DNA of 64,000 nt from Ramazzottius varieornatus (Eukaryota; Animalia; Tardigrada). Both the position numbers and the translations under genes were made by a program. The DNA lies in assembly GCA_001949185.1 (NCBI GenBank), contig BDGG01000003.1:845577-909576 (forward strand), written 5' to 3'. The notes below the pieces were generated by a model that searched no databases, was not told the DNA's origin, and saw only the letters and a list, made by a program, of their open reading frames with translations. Below, piece after piece: positions 1 through 12,600 of this stretch (the first letter of the stretch is position 1; every line of letters starts with the position of its first letter).

Positions 1-131
1 TTATTTTTTAGTGGTTGATTGGATGAGCAATTATTTTCAGCGACAGTGACAGTTACATCACAGGCCACAAATGTTTTACCATGTTGCGGAAAATATCATG
101 TAATCATTACGTTGGAAGTAGACTAGCTTAC

Positions 132-2785
132 AGAAGGAAAATGAGTGAACCACGACGTACTTTGACTTTGACGAGGAACATCGGGACAGACTTGGAGGAT
201 GGTTTCTCCAGGGTCCGCTGAACGCCAGCACAAGATTCCGTCGAAGACAGGCGGGCATGACAGCGCTGAAAATAGAACCGTACAGTCAGATACAGTACCA
301 CCTCCCAGCTGAAATTCCACACAGCCAGAAACCGTATCGTTCGTTGAGCGAAATGAGAACCACATTTCAGGCAAACGTTTGACACTTCCAGGTTTTCCCC
401 CGCTGTTCTGTACACCAGCGGAGCTTCGCACCTTTGTTTCAAGAAGATATCGTGGTAAACTTTTGGCAGTTCAATATCGAACTTCACCTTTTCGTTACAC
501 GAATAGCGAGTTCGGCACACAGACTAGGCAAAATCGTTCCCCTAAGTGACGCACGCTTCCAACCAATAACACAGAATAGGTGCGCCATTTGGGAAAACAC
601 TCTTGTTACGTTTATTTGCGGTTTCCTCAATCCATGAAGCCAGAAAAGCTTGAATCAAGAAATCAATTACCATAGAACAGCCCCAGTTTCGTATGTTTCT
701 TTGCATGCGTTCTTGTTGAAAACCCCCGCAAACGTCCGTGACATCGTAGTCATGAACAGTTATTTGGAAGAACTATCTCGACTTACGGTGGTCACTGTGT
801 TCGTTCCGTCCTTTGCCCTTCAAGCGTCTCAAGAAATTCAAACACCTTTCCTCCGAAGTAAATTTGAACGTAGCCTGGACAGAAGTCTTGGTAGGGATAT
901 CCTCGTAGCCCTGATTATACTGTGGCGGAGGTTGTTCATAAGGATCTTGACCCGGTGCGGCGTACACTGGTTGAGTGTACTGCACCGGATACTCGGCTTG
1001 ACGGCGGGCTTCCTCTTCCTCGTACTGTCTTTTCCGCTCCTCATGTTGCCTCACAGCTTCCTCATAGGCTCGACGAAGATCATCGTCGCTCTCCGCTTGT
1101 CTTTCACCCTCATGGTCTCCTTGGTGCTGATCATGTTCGGAAGCCGTTTGATTGCGGTACAGAGCGCGGCGGTGTTCTTCATCGTCAGTGCTCTCATGGG
1201 CTTCGTCTTCGGTGTGAGGTTCGTCGGTCGTGTCGGGTTCGTCAGTGGTCTCCGACTCTACTGTTTCGTGGTCCGTGTCGGTCGAGTTGTTGCTGTCGGT
1301 CAAATTGTCGAGAGAGTCAACGGGGACTTCGGTGAAATCAGTCAGTTCGGTGGTATTCACCGCTTTGTCGGGGTCGTTACTGAGGGTGGCGTTAGCCTCG
1401 TCGGTGTCGTTCGTTGATATATCCGTAACATTCAACAAATCTGAAGGCTGCTCCTGCAATTAGACAGAGAGTATAAACGATGCTAAGTGATGCCAAATTG
1501 TAGGGAAATGCCAATATGCCTTCGAAGGCTCTAGCAGATCACAGGGCATTGCCAATTGGCAAAGGATTTCACCCAGATCTTCATCTCAATTGGCGCACGC
1601 TTTCAGTGTTAGCGGCTGAGAGCTTGCGCTACTTGGAGAAATACTCTTGCCGGCTTGGGTTCTTTCCCAAGTGGCGCACGTTTCGATTTTAATAACCGAC
1701 AGCGTGCGCCACTTGGAGAGCTGATGTCGGCAGGTTTGTCTGCCTAGGTCACATTAGACTGCACAAAGAACGTAGAATAACAACTAATTAAGGAAATCGA
1801 CTGCCTGAGTTTTTCTAAAAACCCAGCAATGAACCAAGATGTAATAGTTGTCTTCGGATAACTGTAAAGTGATTATATTTTCTGAGGATATTCTACACGC
1901 AAAAATTTTGATGAATGGTTTATTTTAGTATTTTGCTACGGAATTTAGGGTGATGCCTTCTAAAGTCCATCATGGTGGTTAATACAATATCAGAACCGAC
2001 AGTATGCGGCAGTAGGTTTCAGTTTACAAAATGACTTCATCTGTAATGGGGGTAGCAATTTTATAAAGTGCGACAAGGAATGCAGGGGAATGTGGGTTAG
2101 TAAGCGGAGGGCAGCGGAAGCGACCATCGGTGGGCATCGGCACACTTGCTTTCATCCGGTCTCGCGTGCCGCAACCACACATCTGTGGTCAGTCATTATA
2201 GTATTATATCCTGATATAGCCACAGTGCGCCACCAGTGCTCATCCATCACTGCCGTACACGATCGTCAATGAGGCAATTCAGCCCCTTGTAGCGGCATCT
2301 GGTTTGTGTAATTGTCTTCACACATCCGCCGAAGAGTCTACTGTGTGCGACACTGTTTGGCTATTAGAATGGTACCCCTTAAAGAGTATTACGCCTTTAA
2401 GAATTACGTCACGTCTTCTCTTCCTAAACGTTCATCAATAGACTGACTTGTCAGCAAATGAGCTTAATCTTTGTTACGTCATTCGACGTTCGTTGCAAAG
2501 TTTTTTCCAGTTTATTTTTCTAACGCTTCTTTCCGCGTGACCTTTCGTGCATTTCCCAGATGGATACTATAGCTTTTTGTTTTACAACAGCTCATCAAAT
2601 AAACCATTATAGAAAAAACTGGTCTTACAGGTAACTCGGTCGTGACATTGCAAATCTTGCTGGAATAATAATATCAATGACGAGATTGGGACTTTATGGA
2701 AACTTACCGTAGCGTCTTGAGCAGCAAAAAGATGGAGCTGGCTGACTACAAGAAGAATGAAGGAGAGAACGATCAAAGTTCTCAT
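132..2785 (-). CDS. Class B (secretin-family) GPCR, 5' part only (signal peptide, long acidic stalk, hormone-binding domain); continues off the left edge
   Basis: Spliced in consistent phase: 2785-2708 (MRTLIVLSFILLVVSQLHLFAAQDAT, signal peptide, GTAAG donor), probable 27-nt micro-exon ~2655-2629 (ICNVTTELP), 1453-787 (acidic stalk ending ...SEERCLNFLRR..., phase 1), 265-132 (LSCPPVFDGILCWRSADPGETILQVCP). The last exon carries the C-x3-FDG-x2-CW...G-x6-CP signature of the class B hormone-receptor domain. Confidence 0.85.
544..590. repeat. Palindromic 12-23-12 repeat unit (locus A), intronic
   Basis: aagtgacgcacg (544-555) + 23 nt + ggtgcgccattt (579-590). Confidence 0.75.
1588..1714. repeat. 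Palindromic 12-23-12 repeat, tandem pair (locus B), intronic
   Basis: aattggcgcacg-N23-cttgcgctactt (1588-1634) and perfect aagtggcgcacg-N22-cgtgcgccactt (1669-1714); period 81 bp. Confidence 0.85.
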
Positions 2786-5700
2786 GGTGTCGTCGCCCCG
2801 TGGATACAGTCAAGAGAACAAGGAAGAAGCCTTGGCGGTCGATAGCCGCAAGACCTGGAAGTGTCTCCGGTATTCCAATGTGGTAAAGCTTCACCGAGAT
2901 GCAAGTTCGAGAACACGGAAACTCGAGCTGATCGCTGCAGGTGGTAAGTTCGATGCCGGCATGCAAGGATGGAGCATTAGAGGAAGCTCGTGAAGGATGT
3001 GTCGCTAGCCCGCCGTCGACTCGCCCAAACGCCGTAGTGCTGCAAATACACACGACAAAGACGCCACTGTGTTTACCACACTAACCAAGCTCAGCAGCGC
3101 AACAGTCCTCTTTCCGGCATTCCTCGGCACTGAGCTACGATTGATGTTGAAGGAGGATGCAGTAAGGATCCAGAAGAAGAAAAAACGCGGTGGGGAAAAT
3201 ATTTGTCAGTCTTCTTCCTCTTCTTCTTCGCCTATTTTCTCATCAGTACCGATATATTTCTTCTCCGTCTGAGATTAGTCACTCTGTATGTGTCGACCGC
3301 CGTACGATATATGGAGCACGAGTTTAGAATGGAGTGAACGGAGATCGAGAGAGGAGTCAGACAAGGATATATTAACTGTCTAAACATAACCCGGCCATTA
3401 AGTGGAAAGATGGCAGGATAGATCAGCAAGTAAGCCAAACTTGCGGCTCCGATATCCAGAATGAATACTAGCAAACACTCTCTCAAACATTCTTCATAAA
3501 GAAGTCAAGCGTGGGCGGCAACGAGGAAGTCGGGGCCAGACGAACAACACAAAAACTCGGGCAGACTAGAGCGGGAGTAGTGCCTTTTTTTTGTACAGCC
3601 AGACTCTGGAAGACAGTGATCTTTTGTTGCTGCAAAATCTTCTATTACAATGGACAGCACAACAGCACGAATGGAAGCAAAGACAGGCACCACAACAGTC
3701 AGCAGGTAAGACGCAGGGACCCCTTCGCCTTTTCGTGGAACCGCTTCACAAGAGGGCGAAGTAGTCGTTACGTTACGTCGCTTCCGCCTCTCGTCTTGTG
3801 GGCACGAACGGTGTTGCCTACTAGGATAATTCCGATAGTCAGTTCCACGGTGAGGAGTGGCACATGACCGGGCGAAATTAACCAGGTATCCGTTGCCTTT
3901 CTGATAATGGAATCCCATGTTACAAAGAGGCAGGACTAATGGGGAATCCACGCATCGAGCGCACACACCACGGTTGGGGGAGGTGGCGTTTGGCCAAGCG
4001 GTGTTGCACATTAACGACATGCGCACCACTCAACAAATTTCGCTCGAATTTACTTGAGGAAATCAGCTGTTCGGTGCCGTGAAGGGAAGTGAGACGGTTA
4101 TTTGTAAAATTCGCCTGTCTTGCCTTACCATCCTTGCGACTGCTGACGTACAACTGGCGAAATATAACGGTGCTCAAAGGCGGCTGGAAGTCTGCCGGGA
4201 AGGTCCACAAAGATTCCGGTACCGCATTTTAGTTCTGAAAAACCAGAGAAAACTGCGGTACCGTAATCAATTGCTCCGCAATGGATTACGGCACCGCAAT
4301 TTATGGGAGGAAAATTGTCTTTCTCAGAGTCTATTTCGCCGCGGCACCGCTGTGCGGTGTTGGTCCAGTTGAAAAACAACACATTTTATACCGAATACCC
4401 AACGAATACTTTTTCGTCTGGGAGACGCTTAGGACTACCCAAAAATGTTGAGATTGAGGTTCAATGTGTTGGTTTCGCGGGTACAGTTTGGTTGCTTTCC
4501 CAACAGGCGGAGCTTGGCCGACATTTCTGAAATGTTGTGTTGTGGTGTAAGCAGACAGTTTGGTGAACCACTCTGGGACGGATCTTTGAGCTCTGCTAAT
4601 AGTACTTCTGAGTTGTCGAATCGGAGGTTCTTCGGCCTGTAACTAGCTTTTCGTTGGGATTCTTTGAACCCATGGACCCAACCGAATCCGATTTTCAAAA
4701 TGGTACAGTGTAGAGAATTAATGCATCGCGACGGCGGTCTTGAGGATATGATATTAGTGGTAACGGTAGTCGCGTGACAACCGTTGGTCCACCAACAGAT
4801 ATTCTTTGTCTCATCTTCAAGCTCTGTCTCTGAACCTTCGCAAGCATCTCTCAAGACCAGGCAAGCGTGTCAACGCGTTGAGCAAGACATAAGCTTGACG
4901 CTTCTCATTAAAAGGCTATCGGCTCGCGCTTTAATACGGATGTCTATTCGAGGCCAGGAACAGCCTTGTTGCGACAGAGATACCCGCCGAACCTTATGGC
5001 TTATATTCCATAGACGCACATCTTTTGCTTTTGCTGCGATGAATTTGGATGGACGGCAAAAATTTCCGAAATGAGTTCCACTAAACGGCTGAGGCCTCCA
5101 GCGGTATTTGTAACGTGCTTGCTGACTCTTTCATCGCTTCACTCATGTCTATCGGTCTCGGACAAAATCTAATGCATCAAGCTTACGTGGAATTCATGAA
5201 GGAGTGCAACGTACGGGTGATCAACTCTGTGGACCACGCCGAAAGCTTGCGGCTTTACCAGTTCGAAACAGAAGGAATAGAAAGAGTACCCTGATTAAAT
5301 TTTAGAAATCACCATGCCCGATGCCTGAGTCTCCAACAAGACCCGCAAGCCACCCAAGGTATGTCCATCTCAAGCCATCTTTGACCAAATGCCGGAAGGC
5401 AGTTGCAACGGTTACTGTTTTGTGGACCCTCGGGGACAAGAAGATTCAAGTATAGCCCAGCTCTTTCGAAAAATCCTTGCGTAAAATCCACAGGCCAATT
5501 ATTGCCAGTGGCTGCCGTATGGCAAGACGTTCATTTCCTACTGCAGGCATGGGTAAGTTAAGGGTCCGTATTTCGTCTGTTGGTATTCTTTTCTTCCAAA
5601 TCGGCGCTATAGATTAGGCTCGATGTTTGCAGGTTTGCCGACTTGACAAAATTTTGTTGTGCTATGTGGCGCCAGAAAAGGTGCCAATCTACACTTCAAA

Positions 5701-6003
5701 ACCATTCTTACTAGATATGTCACCTTTTGCTTCACACGGCAGTGATCGTTCTTTCCATGTAAAAAATTAATGATAAACGAATCAGCAAACAAATAGCCGT
5801 TCTTTGCGTAGAACGTTATTTTGTAGCTGCGTATCTTGGTAACCTATTAGGCTACTGCTACCAGTCTGCTGAACAAGTTCCTGCGAAACTACGATTTCTC
5901 AGAACGTCAGATCTTAAACCTGCAGTTGCGGCGCTGTACATCCTCCAATGTTTGAATATTTTGCTCCATCTATTGATTGCGAATGCGAACTGCACCTGTC
6001 AAT

Positions 6004-7027
6004 ATGGACGAGAAAAACTTGAGAAAACTTGATGAGCCGTTTTATACTGCTGAGCAGATCATTGTCCCACCTGAGCTCCCAGAAATCCTCAAACAGTTTA
6101 CTAAGGCTGCCATCAAAACTCAGCCACCCGATCTATTGGAATGGTCTGCCAGTTATTTTCGAGCTCGAGCCACGGGGCAAAAGCTACCCGTCAAAGACAG
6201 GCTGGAGATGATACCGGACGACTACGATGACTTGACATTGGGCTTACTGAAAATACTCCATCGTGAGGTAGGCTTTGAGTAATTATTCATAGCACATGTC
6301 TTGTCTTTTTACGTCATAATAATCCAAGCTACTTCGTACGCTACTGTACAGCTTGATCGTTCTAGTTAGGTCACAACAACGTGGCGGATCTCGCTGAAAT
6401 CAAGGAGCATTGGGTCGGTCTGGGTTTATCTCCAGATAAGTTTGATGAGCTCGTTCAGTTTGGTCAACTTCCTGGTACAGCAGAATGGAATCGGTTTATT
6501 GCCGTTGCTTGCACAAAACTAGCCGATGTAAGCGCCATCTGCCCTACGTAACCCTGGAATGCTGTAGTTTACATTTTGCTTGACGTGTGACCTTTGCAGC
6601 ATGTGGAAGATATCTTTTCTCACTACTGCATGGTACTAACCAACGAACCAGAGGGAAACAACGCCAGTGTGCCTTTGACGCTATTCCGTGAAGCATACGA
6701 ATACGTTGCGGACTTGATCTTCCATGTTGACCGGAAAATACAAGAAACGTTTATCGTCTATATGGCGGAAGTGGCGTACGTCTTAACCGTTCTTCCTGAA
6801 TGAATGTAATAGTACATACGGGTTATTACAAAATTCAGACTGTGCTGTTCTATAGAGATCGACAGGATGGAATGGTTTCACCTGCCGACTTTAACTATCG
6901 CGAGTGTCCCACCATGCATCTACCGCGAGGATTTCCACCTGTTGATGAAGACATGGGACAGCAACGTGGAGACACTACCACGGAAACTGATACCGACAAA
7001 ACGAGCGGGACCTACAGCATACCGTAA
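6004..7027 (+). CDS. ROPN1L: Ropporin-1-like protein (RIIa D/D domain; radial spoke protein 11 family)
   Basis: EQIIVPPELPEILKQFTKAAIKTQPPDLLEWSASYF is the ropporin N-terminal signature. Four exons ~6004-6267, 6366-6527, 6600-6775, ~6856-7027 with GT-AG introns. Confidence 0.9.
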
Positions 7028-7197
7028 CGGCCAGACGAAGAACACTTTCTGCGTATTTCTGTATGTTAGAAACCGTCAACCTTTTTTTCATTCTCTCGCC
7101 CGTCATAAATAGCTTTGTGTCGCTTGAAAAGCGGAGAGCCGGTGAAAAGAGTTGCAAGCACTCCCGAAATCCGTTATATCGGATCGGCTTTACTTCT

Positions 7198-8024
7198 TTA
7201 GGGCGCACGAAATCCCATCAACGTTTTAGTATAAGTACTGAAGAAGTAATTTGTTCGGTTCGCCTCAAAAGTTGTTTTACTGCTTGACGTTGTGAGCTTC
7301 ATCTTCAAGTGGAATAGCTTGCAGAAGTTTCGAAGGACAGGCATCGTTGATCGTCTTGCATTGCTTGCAGTTTGCCATGCATCGAATGCCGACACCTGCA
7401 GAATATGATTAGGTAAGGCTAATCAATAATCGCCACCGAAGAATGACTTCGTCCTCATGACGGTAGGACGTTCGGTGAAACCAGGAAGTACTACCCGATG
7501 GTCTTACCTGACTTGGTACCCAATGCACAGAAGATGGTGTCGCGATTCTCTTCGCTGCCATCGGTCAAGCAGTACTTCTTAACGTGGTTGGGATGAGGCT
7601 TGGCTTTGACGATCTTGGACTTGAACTTTGAGGCGCGCAGCTTGGACGAGTAAGAAATGGTGTAGTTCGCAGTACAGTGCTGCAGTTGGGGGGAAGGTTT
7701 CTTGCATGGGCAGGCTTGTGTGCACAATAGACCCAAAGTGGCATCTGAAAAGCCGGAACACCGCAAAGGTTAGGCCAAGGGATATCTCGCTTGTTACGAA
7801 ACGCAAATCGGGTTTTTGGTACGTACTGGTCTTCATGGCTTCTGCAAGGGTACAAGCCGTTTCATAGGTCTTGTAGTCCGTTCCGCAGACTTTGGTGTAC
7901 TTCTGGGCGAAGCCTTGGCATTTACAGGCGGCTTGTGCCTGCCCGCCGTACTTTCGTGTGGTTGCCTCCACGTCTTCAGCGGTCGGTGGTTTGGTCACCT
8001 TGGCTGATTTCGCCGCCAGACTGC
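7198..8024 (-). CDS. Kazal-domain-containing, probably secreted protein (ends uncertain)
   Basis: CKC...KVCGTDYKTYETACTL is a Kazal motif (VCGTDxxTY-x3-C). Further Cys-containing exons at ~7745-7508 and near 7395. First exon not identified. Confidence 0.6.
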
Positions 8025-8583
8025 CTAAAGATCCAACAGCCGCTGCGCATCAAAAATTTACCTAACTTTTAGCATAAGGTTTACGATGTACACGCACAAC
8101 TGGAAATTATGGGGTCAATAAAAAATATGGGCCCAGGCCTTTTCGCTACGGCGGTACGGAAGTATGTACGTACGCGACCGATCCAGAGTAATACACTTTT
8201 CGACACTTTTCTACAGGGTGATCCCCATAAGTTGGAACGATTTTGGACGTGAATACAAAAACGAGCAGTGCTTTCACTTCTTCTACAATTCGTTCCCAGA
8301 TGCGTGTAACTATTTCAAACATTGTGTAGAAATTTTGTCGGGGTGTCGTGGTCCAGAAGGAGCACTGCGCTGAAGACGTGAACTAGGTGGAAATCAACAA
8401 TTTGTCGCGAAACCAACATGCAATGCACTTCAGGTTGGTTTGCTCGCGTGCGAAACGTTTCGGAATAATTTCGCTGATGCTATTCTGTTGAAAAAACCTT
8501 CTTGATATAGTAAAAAAATATTATTTACGAGTTCGTGCACACGGTTGGATCTGTGAGCGACAATCTTGCTGTAACTGACGGGG

Positions 8584-8633
8584 NNNNNNNNNNNNNNNNN
8601 NNNNNNNNNNNNNNNNNNNNNNNNNNNNNNNNN
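8584..8633. other. Assembly gap (50 N) flanked by poly-G
   Basis: Run of n in sequence. Confidence 0.99.
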
Positions 8634-9636
8634 GGGGGGGGGGGGTAAGCAAAATTTTCCGCGTACTTTTTGGACTATTTTCAGTTTCTCCATCCACAGC
8701 GTGCTCGAGCGGTCGGTTTGTTTTGTAAAATTGAGTCCGAACATGTTTCTTTCATGAAAATTTCGTGAAGAAATGTAATCGTTCTTTCCGTCAGATATAA
8801 ATAATTAAACGGAGGTTCCCACTTTTTTCCCGTAAAATTCATGTTTCTTGTGGCTCACAACAATCAAACAATCAATGTTTTGTTGAGCAGACCTCCACAA
8901 CAATTCAAGACGAAGACATGCTCTATCGAACGAGTTGAAGTTTGGAATTGTATAGCTAGAAGCGACTTCACCACGAATTTTAAAAATCATTCCAACCTAC
9001 ATGGATCACCCTGTACGTTTGAATATCCATTTTGCCGTCTTCTCCACCTGGTCCCATAATTCTTACTGGCCCCATAATTTCACGTCGTACGTGTACAGCA
9101 AAGACGTACCCGAGATGGCACAGAGGAAAGCCAATATCCCAATAGTATGCTGCATGACCACGGTTTGGCCTCAGAACTCTATCTAAAAACGGGTGGTCTT
9201 CACCGAAGGGCTCGACTAAAACGGACCACCAGGAGGAGAACAAGGAAGTAGAAAATTGTGTACTCGAAGACAGAACTTCAACTCGACAATAAACGATGCG
9301 CTCCGTGTCCGCGCTGAAGCCAACCTCATTAAAAGTGGCTGGCATGTACAGTATTTCGTCGATTTATTTTAGAAGTAGAAATGTGGCTGACTAACATCAA
9401 GATTAAAACTTCGATTACGCATGACATAGCAGACCCTGAACTAAAGTATACATACCTAGCTTTGGTCTGAATCATAAATGTAAAAAACTAAAAATGTAAC
9501 ACGGATATGTATCAACGCTAATTAGCGAGTAGAAAGCAGAAAGCTCCCAAGACTTTTGAGAATTATCAAGCTAGGACGATATGGGAAAGTTCCGAGCGAT
9601 TCGAGGTACAATCCTGACAATTGGCTACATTGTTCA

Positions 9637-12600
9637 TCAGCCATAGGTATCTTCTCGACTCGTAGTAGTTCGCGAAAAGTTTCCTGAAGACTTTGAGCGA
9701 CTCCTTCGTGCACTTTCAACACTGACGATATGTCGCCCAGCCAGCGCCGAAGCCGCGGCCAGGCATTTCGGGCAATCCGACGTCGAGTTGCTTCTCGATG
9801 CTGCCATCTGCTTCCGCGTAAACACAAAACCCTTGTCGTCTTTGAGCATTAATCCGGAATAGTTCGCGTTGTTTCCAGTCACGACGAAGTGGCTCTGAGC
9901 AAGTACAGTGGCAGCCGCTCCGCACTGCATGTTGCGGTGGGGCGAGGGGTGGCTGGATGCAGAATGGGAGCGCTTTTGGAGAAGACAAGGTCGGAAAGGT
10001 GGCTGACAATCCATATCGTCTTCGGCAATGCCCTCGTCGTGTCGGGCTCGGCATATGCAGTTGGAGCGAAGGAACCAACGAGCCATGCTGGAAGAGGCGC
10101 GATGCCACAACTGTCGAACGTCACTCTGCAGTAACAACAATTAGCACAATGGAAAACGAAATCGGAGGAATAGGAACGTCGCCAAATGAATTCACCCAGA
10201 TCCTTTTTCCTAAATGACGCACGCTCTCGACCAGTAATACTGATAACGTTCGCCACATAGGCGAGCTCGACAAGGTCGTTATCCAAGGTGGCGCACGCAT
10301 TCAGCCAATATCACTTGGAACGTGCGCCACTGGAGAGGACGATTTGGGCGGCACCACTTGCCGCCGTCCCAGTTAGTCTTGAGGTCCATCACGGTGGAGT
10401 GGCCACCCCTAGATTAAGATCTCCGAGTGGCCACCCCCATAATTGAACGTAGCGCTACGTTGATTAGTTGGGATTGGTCGATCACAATCAGGCAATGTAG
10501 TGCTACGGCCAATTGTTAACTGTGTGGGTGGACACTCCAACGTCTTTTTCTATTATGGCCTCTCCATTGTCGCCTCCTCGTACTAATTACACATTTGATT
10601 AGAAGTGGTGAAAGGAGCTCGTCGGTGGTGTATCAGTTGAAAGCGGTGGTAAGAGGAGCTCTCTCCTTTTTGTTATGCATGAATTGAGTGAACATAGGGT
10701 AAAGGTTGAAGGTTCCTGGCAGTTACTCTGGACTCGCCACGCATGCAAAAGTGTGACAAGTAAAATCTCTGTAAAATTAGGCATGGGTCATCTGACTTCC
10801 CCTGCTTGCCCACTTTAAAATGCCCTGACTGAAAAATAATTTGGATGAATTTACTGTAGATCGGACGTACCCGAAAGTTCTGATTCATGAAGGAGTAAAT
10901 GATGGGGTTCACGTAGGAGCTCGACATGGCAAGAAAGTGGATAGCCAGGAAAGTGTAGGTGAAAGATTGCTCGTCAAGTTCTTCCCGCCACTGCCGAATG
11001 GACTCTGGCAAAAAGTCAATGGCCAAGAAAAATAAGTGCAGGGGAAACCAGCAGATGGCGAAGACTAGTACAATAACCACTAGCATCTTCACAACCTACA
11101 ACAAAACATTTCGCGACTTGAGTTGGGTAGTTCAAACCAGTGCGCGACTTGACTTGGGCCGACCAGCGCGAAGCTACGGTGAGACTGTACGGCCACTTAC
11201 TCGTTGTTTGGAGTTGATGAGACGTTCTTCCTGAAGGCGCTGTGCCGAACTGAGATTTTGGACTGTTAAGAGTGGGTTCTTTGGGAAAGCCGGAATGGAC
11301 AAGTGGTTGAGACCGTTCTGAGAACGCAGGAAGCTGCTCGATGTTTCACCTTGTGCTCGAAGTCCCAGAGTCTCGCCGGGTGGGTTCCTCTGCCAGAGTA
11401 TTCGACCGACGCAGATGTAGACGTATATCAGAACGGCCAGGGGCATCAAGTAGGTAAGGAGAGCCAGAGCCACGGTGTAGATCTGACGGACTGTGGGGGT
11501 GGGCCAGTCTTCATGGCAGTCCTTGTACTCGACTTGGTTGTGGATGAACTTACTGCAGCGCACCACACTCAACTGAAATCATGAAGAAAGTCGCGTATGC
11601 TAAATGCTTCTTCGGATTTGAAACTTGATCACGGGGACGCTGTTGTTTCTCGAATAAAGTTGTCATCAGTCATTAGTTTTTTGAATGTGGCCTGTCGATT
11701 ATTTTTAGGGCTACGGGATGCTTCTGTCGGTTCTGAAGAGCTTGCTGTCAAGGATTCGCATCCATCTACTGTAAGTCGATATGGTTGGATGGGTCTGATC
11801 AATGAGCTAACTTCCGCGAAGAGTAGTGTATGTAGCATCACTTGACGTGCCCATCCTTCCGGTTTTTCAGGAAGCGATCGGCCTAATCATTAACAAAGGA
11901 AGCCCCGACCATGTGTCACAGTTGGCACGAAGTACAGTAGATAGAGAGTAAACGTGTACTATGCGCACTTCCATAATTCGCATCTCGTGAAGGATCAAAT
12001 TTGCCTTAAAATATGCTGATGAAATTAGGATTGTCGAATCACCCTTTTGCGTCGGGACAGACATCCCCAACGGAGAATGGTTATGTAACCGGCGACCTTG
12101 ATTTTTTGATTAAATGATGATGATGACTCAACCTGTCGAACGGAAGTGAAAAACGCCAGTGTTCCTTATGGTTCGCATCCGAGTAATTTCCTGCTACGCC
12201 GTGATGACGATCGCTCCAAAGTAAACCTCATTAGGGTACCGACTGATCCCCTTTTTGGACCTCAGGGGAGTTGCTCGATCACGGCACGCGATTAAGAGAG
12301 AGTCTAAATGGCGGCTCGTTAGCCACCGAGGGGTTGACTAATTGACTGTATCGAAGATCAATTTGATGGCCTCCCTGCTGTGACGATACGGTCGTTAACT
12401 GTATAAACACTACCAAAGGCTGACTACATTTCAAATTTTTTATGACCCTTCCGCAAAACGCTTTTCGGGGTTTCTAAACCTATGGTCGACCTCCTGTTTC
12501 CCTCATGAAGTATATTTCAAGCAACTTGACCTTCGGCAGGATGTTCAATAACAGTCATCAAGTGTATATTCTCATAAGGCAAACATCAGTTGGAGTTATC

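Noticed and set aside
650-1417. 255-aa hydrophobic plus-strand ORF resembling a membrane protein
   Set aside because: It is the antisense shadow of the acidic GPCR stalk exon.
1588-1714. CRISPR array or integron attC interpretation of the repeat-spacer-repeat units
   Set aside because: The context is eukaryotic and intronic, the arms are inverted rather than direct, there are only 1-3 units per locus, no cas or integrase gene is present, and spacers share a loose consensus.
3500-5600. Short ORFs possibly from a transposon or gene relic
   Set aside because: No recognisable motif or consistent splice model.
8805-9345. 121-aa and neighbouring short ORFs next to the assembly gap
   Set aside because: No recognisable domain and no supportable gene model.
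10212-10332. V(D)J-like 12/23 recombination signal
   Set aside because: No CACAGTG heptamer or ACAAAAACC nonamer; the numerical similarity is coincidental.
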